Below the pieces are notes generated by a model. That model was not told the origin of the DNA. It searched no databases and was given only the letters and a program-made list of their open reading frames with translations. Source: a virus (lineage: Duplodnaviria > Caudoviricetes). From it: 64,000 bases of DNA. The DNA is taken from positions 1-64,000 of the IMG/VR virus record IMGVR_UViG_3300037634_007228; one strand, written 5' to 3'. Below are positions 1 to 8,207 of this stretch, piece by piece. The translations under genes and the position numbers were made by a program. Within the stretch, counting starts at the first letter, position 1. Each line of letters begins with the position of its first letter.

Positions 1-715
1 CAAGATAGCCCTTTTGTATTTTCGCGGCTTTCTTGGTTGACATGCCAGATTGGACAAGGCTTACCCTGACCGCTCTTAAATTCTTGGATACTTCAAGAGT
101 GCTGGCTACCATATTACCAAGGAGATCGGAGATGGTCCAGAACGAGGCGATCGATTTAGCAGCGGACGCACCCATCTCTTTCATGGATGCCTTCATGTCC
201 TTCATGGAGCGGTTGCCCTTTATCAGATCGGCAACCATCGAGTCCAAGCTTTTTCCTATTTTGGAAAAGGATTTGGACCACATTTCTGACTGTTTAACAG
301 ACACTCCGAGACGACCAGCGGCAAGCTCCATCATCCCGCCAATGGCTTCGGAGGCGTCGCGGCTCTCTTGAAGTTTTTCGTTTCTTTCTGTTAAAAGGTC
401 GTTGCCTGCTTTAAGAGCTATGTTGGCTTCAATGAGATTTTTTTTGGCTTCTTCTTCTCCTTCATTGGTTTCAAGAGCCAATTTATAAAGTTCTTTTCTA
501 AGATCGAATTGCTCTTTGAGAAAGGAAGTTTCAGTTTCTAGTGTTTCTTTCTCTCTCTCGGCTTTGGAAATTTGCTTTTTGTCAAGCTCTTCTCTGATGC
601 TCCACTCTTCTTTCAGCATATCAAGGGACAGCGCTTGCTGTTTTTGGCTTACTTTAAGCGCCTTTTCTTTGGCTTTAATTTGGTCTAGTGGCGATAGTGG
701 TTTTTTTGCTACCAT
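1..715 (-). CDS. Tape measure protein, N-terminal part (runs off left edge; absent from ORF track)
   Basis: Manual translation from ATG 715: MVAKKPLSPLDQIKAKEKALKVSQKQQ... stays open to base 1; helical coiled-coil then Ala/Ser/Met-rich; lies downstream of tube and chaperone genes. Confidence 0.75.
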   Translation of the reverse strand, partial: MVAKKPLSPLDQIKAKEKALKVSQKQQALSLDMLKEEWSIREELDKKQISKAEREKETLETETSFLKEQFDLRKELYKLALETNEGEEEAKKNLIEANIALKAGNDLLTERNEKLQESRDASEAIGGMMELAAGRLGVSVKQSEMWSKSFSKIGKSLDSMVADLIKGNRSMKDMKASMKEMGASAAKSIASFWTISDLLGNMVASTLEVSKNLRAVRVSLVQSGMSTKKAAKIQKGYL

Positions 716-721
716 TGTTTA

Positions 722-1039
722 TTATCCTACTGGATATTTGATTCCTGTGGCTCTCTCAAAGTTTTTTACGGCTCGGTCGAGTTTCAATCGACTTGCGTAA
801 GTCTTGGGATCGGTCAAACCATAGCGTGTCGCGGCTTGCATATGCGCTCGTTCGCCCATAAGAGCGCCCGCGAAGCTTTGAATTTGGGAAGGCATTCCTC
901 GAATACTGAGGTTAGAGCCTCCGACCATCCCGCCAAATCCCATTTGGTCGATCATGTATTTTACTTGGGTGCCGAATTGTCTCATCCAAGATTCGTCAAT
1001 TCTTTGTTCATTTAAATTAATAACTGTGGGTTCGTCCAT
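722..1039 (-). CDS. Hypothetical protein (105 aa) between tail chaperone and tape measure
   Basis: ATG with SD GAGAGGT, preceded by a terminator and the CTATTTA motif. Confidence 0.8.
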   Translation of the reverse strand: MDEPTVINLNEQRIDESWMRQFGTQVKYMIDQMGFGGMVGGSNLSIRGMPSQIQSFAGALMGERAHMQAATRYGLTDPKTYASRLKLDRAVKNFERATGIKYPVG

Positions 1040-1058
1040 TTGTAGTACCTCTCTTCCA

Positions 1059-1067
1059 ATAAATAGT
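1059..1067 (-). promoter_or_regulatory. Candidate late promoter motif ACTATTTAT
   Basis: Intergenic, about 20 nt upstream of ATG 1039, just after a terminator; motif recurs upstream of several structural genes. Confidence 0.6.
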
Positions 1068-1070
1068 CAC

Positions 1071-1105
1071 AAAAAAAAGTTCCCCTCATCTAAAACGAGG
1101 CGAAC
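1071..1105 (-). terminator. Intrinsic terminator
   Basis: Minus strand GTTCgCCTC-loop-GAGGgGAAC followed by T8. Confidence 0.6.
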
Positions 1106-1295
1106 CTTTCGGTTTGTTGGCTTTTTCTATGGCTTTGTTTTTTTCTTTGATTTCTTTGACAAGCCTGTCAAACATATAACGCCTAAGACCGATTGGAAAA
1201 TTATAAGATTCTGTGAAGCTTATTCCTCCATAATAGACGAGATAAAAAAGCATCTCATAGGCTTGCTTGCCATACTCAGGAGTCAGCCCAAAAAA
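1086..1295 (-). CDS. Out-of-frame C-terminal extension of the tail chaperone (lambda T / T4 gp51-like), reached by recoding or from internal ATG 1253
   Basis: 69 open codons FFGLTPEYGKQAYEMLFYLVYYGGISFTESYNFPIGLRRYMFDRLVKEIKEKNKAIEKANKPKGSPRFR*, starting at the T7 run; in-frame TGA 4 codons upstream; fills an otherwise empty gap. Confidence 0.7.
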   Translation of the reverse strand, partial: FFGLTPEYGKQAYEMLFYLVYYGGISFTESYNFPIGLRRYMFDRLVKEIKEKNKAIEKANKPKGSPRFR

Positions 1296-2127
1296 AGTCT
1301 GCCGTCAGGGGCAGTCCTACCTCCTGCTCTGTATCACAGAATGGACACATAAAATCAAATGATGTGTCTATATCTGGAAGTACATGATCATACGCCAAGC
1401 GTATTCGCCTTGAATCCATAATGGGCATTGCTTCTAAACACGAAGAAATTTGAAAGGAATCAGAAACTCCATTGATGGACAGAATTATTTTCTGTAGCCG
1501 AATCAAAAGATGATTGACGGGCAATCGATGTTTCTTGCGTTTAGCCACCGTTATGTCTATATCTTTTTCCTCTCTTCCTGTTAACAGCTTAAACTCCACC
1601 TTCAACTTAGATTTGGGTAAATCTACTACAAAAGTGCCAGATTCTGTTGGAGATATCCAATCAACGGTGTTTGCGTCTTTGGTAGCCAAATCACTTAAAT
1701 CATGTTCCACCTCTGTAGATTCGTCGCATTTTGAACACTTCACCTTAGCAGTATAAAGATGCCCCAAACCGGACGCTCTTGCTGCAAACACTAGGGCATT
1801 TTTATCCCCAATGAGAAGGTCGTCCAACTTAATGGATTTGTCAACCATCAAGCTTCTTAAGAGCTTGTCAATCACGACACCATTTCTAATATAATTGGCA
1901 TTAAGAAGAATGTCTTCTTCTTTTGTCGTCATCACCTTCATTTCAAGCTGTTTTTGCCCGTGTAAAGGATGATCTTCAGCATAAAATTCCCCGCGAGAGG
2001 GAAGATCTACAAATTCCGTGCTGGTCGGAAAATTTAATAAATTTTGTATTTGTTGGGGGGGAGTGGTAGAATTGGTAGAACGATTTGTTTCTTGTTGGCT
2101 TGTACCGAGCCTTTCTTCATTTCTCAT
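1276..2127 (-). CDS. Tail assembly chaperone / T4 gp26-like baseplate hub assembly protein
   Basis: VDLPSRG, MTTKEEDIL, two CxxC motifs (CSKC, CPFC), ends DFFWADS; between tube and TMP. Confidence 0.8.
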   Translation of the reverse strand: MRNEERLGTSQQETNRSTNSTTPPQQIQNLLNFPTSTEFVDLPSRGEFYAEDHPLHGQKQLEMKVMTTKEEDILLNANYIRNGVVIDKLLRSLMVDKSIKLDDLLIGDKNALVFAARASGLGHLYTAKVKCSKCDESTEVEHDLSDLATKDANTVDWISPTESGTFVVDLPKSKLKVEFKLLTGREEKDIDITVAKRKKHRLPVNHLLIRLQKIILSINGVSDSFQISSCLEAMPIMDSRRIRLAYDHVLPDIDTSFDFMCPFCDTEQEVGLPLTADFFWADS

Positions 2128-2146
2128 GTAACCTCTATTTTATGTT

Positions 2147-2659
2147 TTATGCACCAGCTTCATAATTAGCCCAATCATATTGAACTCCAACTGTAACTTC
2201 GATAAGGCTTTCTTCTGAATAGCCCTGCGTGCCATAGTTTACACTGGTGATAATGGGATTGACTAATGTCCAAGTACCCTGCGGATCGCTTGCGCCGCCT
2301 GTACCAAGTTGAGTAATCTTTATATCTCCCAACTTGTCGGCGAAGCCCATTTTAGACATTGTAGCCTGATCGTTGGAGTTAACAGGCATCTTAACACCAA
2401 CCTTGCCTAAAATACTTTGGAGTTTCTTTGCCACCGACTGTGGTCCAGCCACGTCATAAATGGTAAACTCAACAGGTGACCATGACATTTTACCGGGATA
2501 ATAAAACTTATACTGAGTATAATCTGCTTCGATTGTTCCTATCTCAACCGCTGGTAAAGTGGCACCCTTGATCAAAAAACTGCCGATGTTTTCAAACGCA
2601 ACAGTATACTGATAACTTTTCTTTGGTTCTAATTGGGGTGACGTCCAAAATTCTGACAT
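2147..2659 (-). CDS. Tail tube protein (T4 gp19-like)
   Basis: 170 aa, YYPGKMSWSPVEFTIYD, C-terminal V-x-Y-D-W-A; follows sheath; SD TAAGGAG. Confidence 0.88.
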   Translation of the reverse strand: MSEFWTSPQLEPKKSYQYTVAFENIGSFLIKGATLPAVEIGTIEADYTQYKFYYPGKMSWSPVEFTIYDVAGPQSVAKKLQSILGKVGVKMPVNSNDQATMSKMGFADKLGDIKITQLGTGGASDPQGTWTLVNPIITSVNYGTQGYSEESLIEVTVGVQYDWANYEAGA

Positions 2660-2677
2660 AATTTTTAAATCTCCTTA

Positions 2678-5518
2678 TTACTCAAATGTCGCTGCCGAGT
2701 TAGTAATGATAAAGTCCAAAGCAATGAACTCAATTGATTTAGCCGGTTTTAAGAAAATCTTGGCATACATAATATTTCTATCACGAAGCTCTGGTGTGGT
2801 TGTAGTTTCATCTAAAATCAGCCTGTAATCTTCTAAACCAAATCCAGCTTGGATATCTCGGAGGATTGGTTCGGCTAAACCAGTAAATTTCTTCCAAGTC
2901 TCTGGGACATTTTGCTCAAACAATAGATTGTTTGCCACCGCTGTGATTTGTCTCTTGGTGTAGATCAGCAACCGACGAACATTAATTCGATCCAGTGCTG
3001 AACGTGTGGTTTGAAGGGTTTTCTGCCCCAGAATCACAATCCCCTCATTCGGGAAAGTTCCAATGGGATTAATGTTAGTCTCGTACAAATCATCTCGATC
3101 TTTCGAACGCAAACGATCCGTAACTCCTACCACGCGAACGCCGCCGGCACCCTTTGATAAGCCGCCGCGAGTAAAACCAGCAGGCGCGAACCAAGGATCG
3201 GCATTCTTATCGGTGTAAGAGAATGCACCAAGGGCTACAACTGAAGGGGGAACCCACAGATTAGCGTCTCCAAAAGAATCGCTAATGCTAACCCAAGGAT
3301 AAAATGCACATCCAAAACTTGTGTTAAGATTGCGTGCATTTAAGTTATTAACCGTGTTTGTTACTGAACCGATTCTTGCCGAAAGAGCAGATGCGTTTTC
3401 CGAAGAAGGCTGGAACCCGCCAGCTAAATCAATGACTGCCAAGCAGTCTCCTCGATCCTCTGCTATATCTAACATTTTATTGGTTAGACCAGCAGTTGTA
3501 ATAGCCGGGGCTGTAATGACATTGGTCAGTACGACTTCACGATCTCTAATAGAGTCCATTGCCACTGTTAATGAGTGATAAGCATAGCTGCTTCGCTCTG
3601 TTTCACCAGTGGTGTTTCTATTGGCAAAGGGATCTTTTTCTGTGATATCCAGACCATCAAACCCACCAAAGAGTGGCATCGTGAATCCCTTTGGAGACAG
3701 CGTACCAGTAAGGATAGAGTAACTGCCGCTCTTCGCAGTAAGTGAAGTGCCGCCGACCCTCGACCCACTTGAATAGGTCATATTTCCATTTGAGACAACA
3801 AGATCATCAAGGGTAAACACATGTGAAAACTGCGTGAGCGTTCCTTCTGCAAAACTATCAATGTTAACAGGCTTAGTACGCAAGAAGGCTGGAATAGAGT
3901 CATCATAAGTTGAAGAGCCTGAACCCCGCGTAGTCGTAATGCCAAAATAAGCTGCCTGTGGGCTGGAAACATCACCCGTTGCGGTTGATGTTCGTAAGGG
4001 GACTGATGGCATGGAAATGGAACAGGTAGCTCCGTAGGGAAGCAACCAATCGCCGACGCCGCCATATGGTCTCGAATCAACACCGCTACCGGTGCCCAAG
4101 TTCGGGTTAGCGCCATCGGGCAACGATGCGGTGCCGACAGCAAAATCAGCCGCACCGAGAGTCGAACCTGAACCCAAAGTAATGTTTCTGTATTTCTGAG
4201 GTCCGTAATAACCATAGGGCAACAAGATATTGTCCAGCGCACCGTCATCTACCACTTGTGCCATTTCGACACGGAAATAACGTGAACGATTTTCATATTG
4301 TCCGTATTCTTTGTATACTCTGGAATCATTGTCCCACGAAATGTATCGGTCGCCGATCTGGGTAGCCACATAGTTGGGAGAGTTAGGATTAAGTGTAAGA
4401 GAGTTATACCTTTCAACTTCTTGAACCTTTGCATCGTTATCACGCAACCTGCGAACCACAACATTGAATGTGCCAAAGCCAGCCGGATTCTTTGCGGGCA
4501 TGATGTTTTCAATGGAAATCTTCACTGCTCCTTGGTCATACTGTCCTGTTTGTAAGCCATGAAATTTAAATAGCTTGGTTACGCTCGCGGCTAGGGTGGG
4601 ATTGAAACTGCCGGTCGAGCCAAGTTTATCTTGAGAAATAACCCAGCCCGTTTGACAATCCACAAATCCCTTACCGAAATTTGCGCCGTCTCCGGTGCTG
4701 CCTTTATCAAGGGGAACAACCATCGCGAAGGCGATGTTGCTTGTACCCGTTATAACTGATTCAATGGCGCGGTCGAATGTCTCACCTAAAAAATAATCTT
4801 GTCGATCAGCAGTGGGCGTAATGCCCGTAGTGGTTTTAGTGGGATTGGTATTAAAAGTTGACCGGATATACCTTCTAGAAGTACGGTCAAAGCCACACGC
4901 AGTCTCAATTGTACCAAGACCGCCAACAATACGCACAGTGGCTTCATTGTTAGTAGTCTTTACAAGGGCACACGCACCGGTCAAAGCGCTATCGGCACCG
5001 ACGCCGTGGGCGTCTTCAACCGTGCCACTAAGCTCAACATAAGTATCATCATCACAGTAAAAAATTGCGCCCAGCGTACCTTCGTGCGTGCCGCCAGATC
5101 CAGAGTTAAAAACATACAAACCGTATGCGCCGCCGCCTGTGGCAGAAAAATCAGCAAGTTTCCATCCGGCTTCGCCGCTGCCAACGGTATAATTCTCATC
5201 TTGGCGACCCAACAAGCGAACAAAGTTTATTGTGGAACTATTTCTCAACCACGCTTCAGCCGCATAGCCACCATAGGTTGGCGCACCGAACTCAGGATGT
5301 CTGAAAGCATCCACGTTTTCTGAGCCATTGATGGGGGGACCAAAGACTGTAACGAACTCTTCCATCGATTCGACCTCCACGGGTCTCATCGCCGGTCCTC
5401 TCAACGAACGACCAATAATGGTTGGTCCTTCAGGTGCAGGAACAGTTGGTAGTTCGGAGTTATCAATCTCATTGATAAAAACGCCGGGAGATACAAATTT
5501 GAACTTTTTTACTGACAT
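2678..5518 (-). CDS. Tail sheath protein (T4 gp18-like, extended, 946 aa)
   Basis: FVSPGVFINEID N-terminus; WFAPAGFTRG, INPIGTFPNEG, GQKTLQ, RINVRRLL, IFLKPAKSIEFI motifs. Confidence 0.96.
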   Translation of the reverse strand: MSVKKFKFVSPGVFINEIDNSELPTVPAPEGPTIIGRSLRGPAMRPVEVESMEEFVTVFGPPINGSENVDAFRHPEFGAPTYGGYAAEAWLRNSSTINFVRLLGRQDENYTVGSGEAGWKLADFSATGGGAYGLYVFNSGSGGTHEGTLGAIFYCDDDTYVELSGTVEDAHGVGADSALTGACALVKTTNNEATVRIVGGLGTIETACGFDRTSRRYIRSTFNTNPTKTTTGITPTADRQDYFLGETFDRAIESVITGTSNIAFAMVVPLDKGSTGDGANFGKGFVDCQTGWVISQDKLGSTGSFNPTLAASVTKLFKFHGLQTGQYDQGAVKISIENIMPAKNPAGFGTFNVVVRRLRDNDAKVQEVERYNSLTLNPNSPNYVATQIGDRYISWDNDSRVYKEYGQYENRSRYFRVEMAQVVDDGALDNILLPYGYYGPQKYRNITLGSGSTLGAADFAVGTASLPDGANPNLGTGSGVDSRPYGGVGDWLLPYGATCSISMPSVPLRTSTATGDVSSPQAAYFGITTTRGSGSSTYDDSIPAFLRTKPVNIDSFAEGTLTQFSHVFTLDDLVVSNGNMTYSSGSRVGGTSLTAKSGSYSILTGTLSPKGFTMPLFGGFDGLDITEKDPFANRNTTGETERSSYAYHSLTVAMDSIRDREVVLTNVITAPAITTAGLTNKMLDIAEDRGDCLAVIDLAGGFQPSSENASALSARIGSVTNTVNNLNARNLNTSFGCAFYPWVSISDSFGDANLWVPPSVVALGAFSYTDKNADPWFAPAGFTRGGLSKGAGGVRVVGVTDRLRSKDRDDLYETNINPIGTFPNEGIVILGQKTLQTTRSALDRINVRRLLIYTKRQITAVANNLLFEQNVPETWKKFTGLAEPILRDIQAGFGLEDYRLILDETTTTPELRDRNIMYAKIFLKPAKSIEFIALDFIITNSAATFE

Positions 5519-5544
5519 CGTTTAATCACTCCTAGAATATCACT

Positions 5545-5554
5545 TATAAATAGT
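5545..5554 (-). promoter_or_regulatory. Candidate late promoter motif ACTATTTATA upstream of sheath
   Basis: Intergenic, 27 nt upstream of ATG 5518, followed by SD AGGAGTGA. Confidence 0.62.
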
Positions 5555-5576
5555 AACAACTCCTTTGAAAAGAAAG

Positions 5577-6380
5577 CTAATCCTCAACAAATGATTTTGC
5601 GCCTTTTCTGATAGTCGGGACTTCGCCCACAATTGTTCTTTCCTTGTTAAACTTTATAATGACCGCGTTTTGAGAAGTTTTAAGTACGGCATCCTCTATA
5701 TTTTCTGGGCGTGGAAAAAGAGCGCCGCGTGTTGTAATGATAAATGAGGTGTCAAAATATCTTTCCCCCGAATCTAATGTCTCCGAGACCTTATCAAAAG
5801 AAAACTCATTAGGAAAAGTCATATAATAAGCATGACCTTCATTTTCTACCTTGATATCCCGATAATTGTTTGCTGTTAAAAACCCATTTAAAATCTGGTT
5901 CATGTCCGTTAAATAGCTTGTTCGAATAAGAATATTATATTTTGCCACAACAGCCGTAACATTTTCGGAATAGAGTGTTTCATATACTACCTTTTTATTA
6001 TCAAACTTTTCATTACTTACCTTAAATCTTTTCTTCGCGGTAGCATTGGCAAATTTTCGTGTATTAAATGGCATTATTCTTCGGGCTATCGCAAAAGAAT
6101 TATTGCCGGGAGTAAACGGAAATCCATCAATATCTTTGGCTATCGATTCCCGATACACAGTTATCAACGGATATATAAGTGTTTCCCGATTATCACGCAA
6201 CTCTTTATTTTTCTTGATTTGATACGCACGTTCCGCAGACGACCAGAGTACAGGAACTTTTTCGCTTTCACCATTACGAGTGGTATAAAGATTTAATTGG
6301 GTATCGACGTAATTAAAGACTGCGGTGTCCATCGTTTCTATCGAAGACTCTACAAAGGGCTGTTCCTTTAATTCAACCAT
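5577..6380 (-). CDS. Tail terminator / sheath stabiliser (T4 gp15-like)
   Basis: KVPVLWSSAER, YPLITVYR motifs; position between neck and sheath genes. Confidence 0.7.
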   Translation of the reverse strand: MVELKEQPFVESSIETMDTAVFNYVDTQLNLYTTRNGESEKVPVLWSSAERAYQIKKNKELRDNRETLIYPLITVYRESIAKDIDGFPFTPGNNSFAIARRIMPFNTRKFANATAKKRFKVSNEKFDNKKVVYETLYSENVTAVVAKYNILIRTSYLTDMNQILNGFLTANNYRDIKVENEGHAYYMTFPNEFSFDKVSETLDSGERYFDTSFIITTRGALFPRPENIEDAVLKTSQNAVIIKFNKERTIVGEVPTIRKGAKSFVED

Positions 6381-6852
6381 CGAACAAATTCTCCCGCGCC
6401 TTTATACATGTAGCCGAAATCTCATACTTTTGTCCGTCTTGCCCAAACAATCTTTTAGATCCTCGGGTTTCGACTATTTCATAAAAATCACCATCATAAT
6501 AAACAAAATCCCCGATACGGACCACCAGCTTTTGATCCTCTGTTAATCTTTTACGATGGAAATAAACATTAATTTTTTGCAGGCGATCGATGCCCGTCTT
6601 ATTTTGGAGAATTTCGGAAGGCTGTGTTTCAACTCTTGCGTACACTCTCACTGGGGGCAAAAAACTTTTTTCTTTACTTTCTCCATAAATAGGATGAAAG
6701 TTTGAAGTTTCTAAATCAATGGCGTAATATGCGATTTGCTGCCCAATAACGTTTTCAATGAGTTCTGTGTTTACTTGACGAACCAGCTTTCTTTCTTTGT
6801 CTCCGACAAAGAGCGGTGGTGGTGGGGCTGGTGGTCTAGTAAACTTTGCCAT
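6373..6852 (-). CDS. Neck protein (T4 gp14-like head closure)
   Basis: HPIYGES, FLPPVRVYARV, GDFVYYDGDFYEIV; synteny. Confidence 0.72.
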   Translation of the reverse strand: MAKFTRPPAPPPPLFVGDKERKLVRQVNTELIENVIGQQIAYYAIDLETSNFHPIYGESKEKSFLPPVRVYARVETQPSEILQNKTGIDRLQKINVYFHRKRLTEDQKLVVRIGDFVYYDGDFYEIVETRGSKRLFGQDGQKYEISATCIKARENLFDG

Positions 6853-6857
6853 TCATT

Positions 6858-8111
6858 TTATCCCACAAAAATCGGAGTGGGAACTTGCTGAAAAACTTTG
6901 CTGGTTGCATCTACAATTTCCGCATCTCCTTCGGCTAAGGCTCCGTAAGTTAAAGCGTCTAAGAGTTCTTTCAACTCAGTTTTTAATTTATCTTGCTCTT
7001 CGCGAGCTTGACTAATCAAGGCGTCGCCGTTAAGGGTTACACTGTCGTTTGGAATAGGAATAGTGGAAAACTTGGAACGCACTTGCCCCAGTATTTCTTT
7101 ACATAACGCTAGCGCGTAACGGCGAATCCACTGTTTACCCACAGAATTAATATTATCATACGGAATATTAGCAAATGGAAGAGTGTTCATATTATTAACG
7201 CCCTTTACCCCGCGCAAGCGCGTGGTGTCCACTGTGTTGGCATCTTCTTCTACCGTAAATGTAAACCAAATGGTGTCGTCAGCGTCAACACTATCACCGG
7301 GAGGTGGATAAACCTTTAAATAATTATTTTGAAGTTCATAAGAATAGTGGGAAAAGCGAACATTAACACTATCTTCAAAAGCCATCGCTTGTAAGCGATT
7401 TTGCCATGTGGGAATAACTTGATAAGTGCTATCATCGGCGAATTGTCCATAAGTTGAAAGATTGCCGACCACATTCAAGCCGCCATAATACCCAAAAAAT
7501 CTCCACATAACGCTGGGGCTTTTATAATAGACATCCCGAATAAGAACTTTTGTATTATTAATTTTATTGTAAAAATCAACCGTAGAAACCGAACTACTAT
7601 TTTGCACGATTTCCTGAAGATTATATTCTTGTTGATTACTTATCAACTTAAAACTTGCCGAATAATGAGTTTGAAATCCTCCCACCCCGGCTTCTGTGGA
7701 AATACCTTCTGCGACTCGGCGAGCATAACCAAAACCAAAGTTGGGAAAATCTCTTGATGCATCCGACGCGCCTGCTGATACCTCTCCATCCTCATCGAAA
7801 GAAGAAGTTGCAGCGCCCAACATATCTGATAAAACATTTTTAGCCTGATGGGAATTTATAAGATAAGAATATTCTAAAACCGCTTCTTGATAGGAAGCAT
7901 ATACATTGCCTTCTTTTATTTCAATATCTAAGACATCGCCGCCGAGCTTTTTATAAACATAGGCGACTTGATCAGCAGCGCCGCTAAGAAAGGCATCGAC
8001 TCCGCTGTAAACTGTAAAGGGAAGTTCAGCGGCGACGTTTCCAGCAGTCCCGGTAACAGGCAAAACGGCAGTACTTACAGTGGAAACTGGTTTAAGTTGT
8101 GGCACGGGCAT
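6858..8111 (-). CDS. Neck protein (T4 gp13-like head-tail adaptor)
   Basis: KKLGGDVLDIE, WIRRYALALCKEILGQVRSKF, VTLNGDALIS motifs; start moved to ATG 8111 (SD GAGAGGA). Confidence 0.8.
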   Translation of the reverse strand: MPVPQLKPVSTVSTAVLPVTGTAGNVAAELPFTVYSGVDAFLSGAADQVAYVYKKLGGDVLDIEIKEGNVYASYQEAVLEYSYLINSHQAKNVLSDMLGAATSSFDEDGEVSAGASDASRDFPNFGFGYARRVAEGISTEAGVGGFQTHYSASFKLISNQQEYNLQEIVQNSSSVSTVDFYNKINNTKVLIRDVYYKSPSVMWRFFGYYGGLNVVGNLSTYGQFADDSTYQVIPTWQNRLQAMAFEDSVNVRFSHYSYELQNNYLKVYPPPGDSVDADDTIWFTFTVEEDANTVDTTRLRGVKGVNNMNTLPFANIPYDNINSVGKQWIRRYALALCKEILGQVRSKFSTIPIPNDSVTLNGDALISQAREEQDKLKTELKELLDALTYGALAEGDAEIVDATSKVFQQVPTPIFVG

Positions 8112-8129
8112 AGTTTTAAATCCTCTCAC

Positions 8130-8138
8130 ATAAATAGT
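8130..8138 (-). promoter_or_regulatory. Candidate late promoter motif ACTATTTAT upstream of neck genes
   Basis: Immediately after the MCP terminator, about 19 nt upstream of ATG 8111. Confidence 0.62.
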
Positions 8139-8143
8139 TTGGC

Positions 8144-8181
8144 AAAAGAGAAACCCCCCGCCTGCCGAGGCAGACGAGGGG
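8144..8181 (-). terminator. Intrinsic terminator after major capsid gene
   Basis: Minus strand CCCCTCGTCTGC-CTCG-GCAGGCGGGGGG (12 bp with G-U pairs) followed by TTTCTCTTTT. Confidence 0.85.
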
Positions 8182-8207
8182 AATCTTTTAATCAGTCAAC
8201 GACTAGA

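Noticed and set aside
1297-1316. Hairpin + T7 read as a simple terminator ending the chaperone transcript
   Set aside because: It lies before the stop codon, so it would give non-stop mRNA; a better terminator is at 1071-1105; kept only as a possible slippage stimulator
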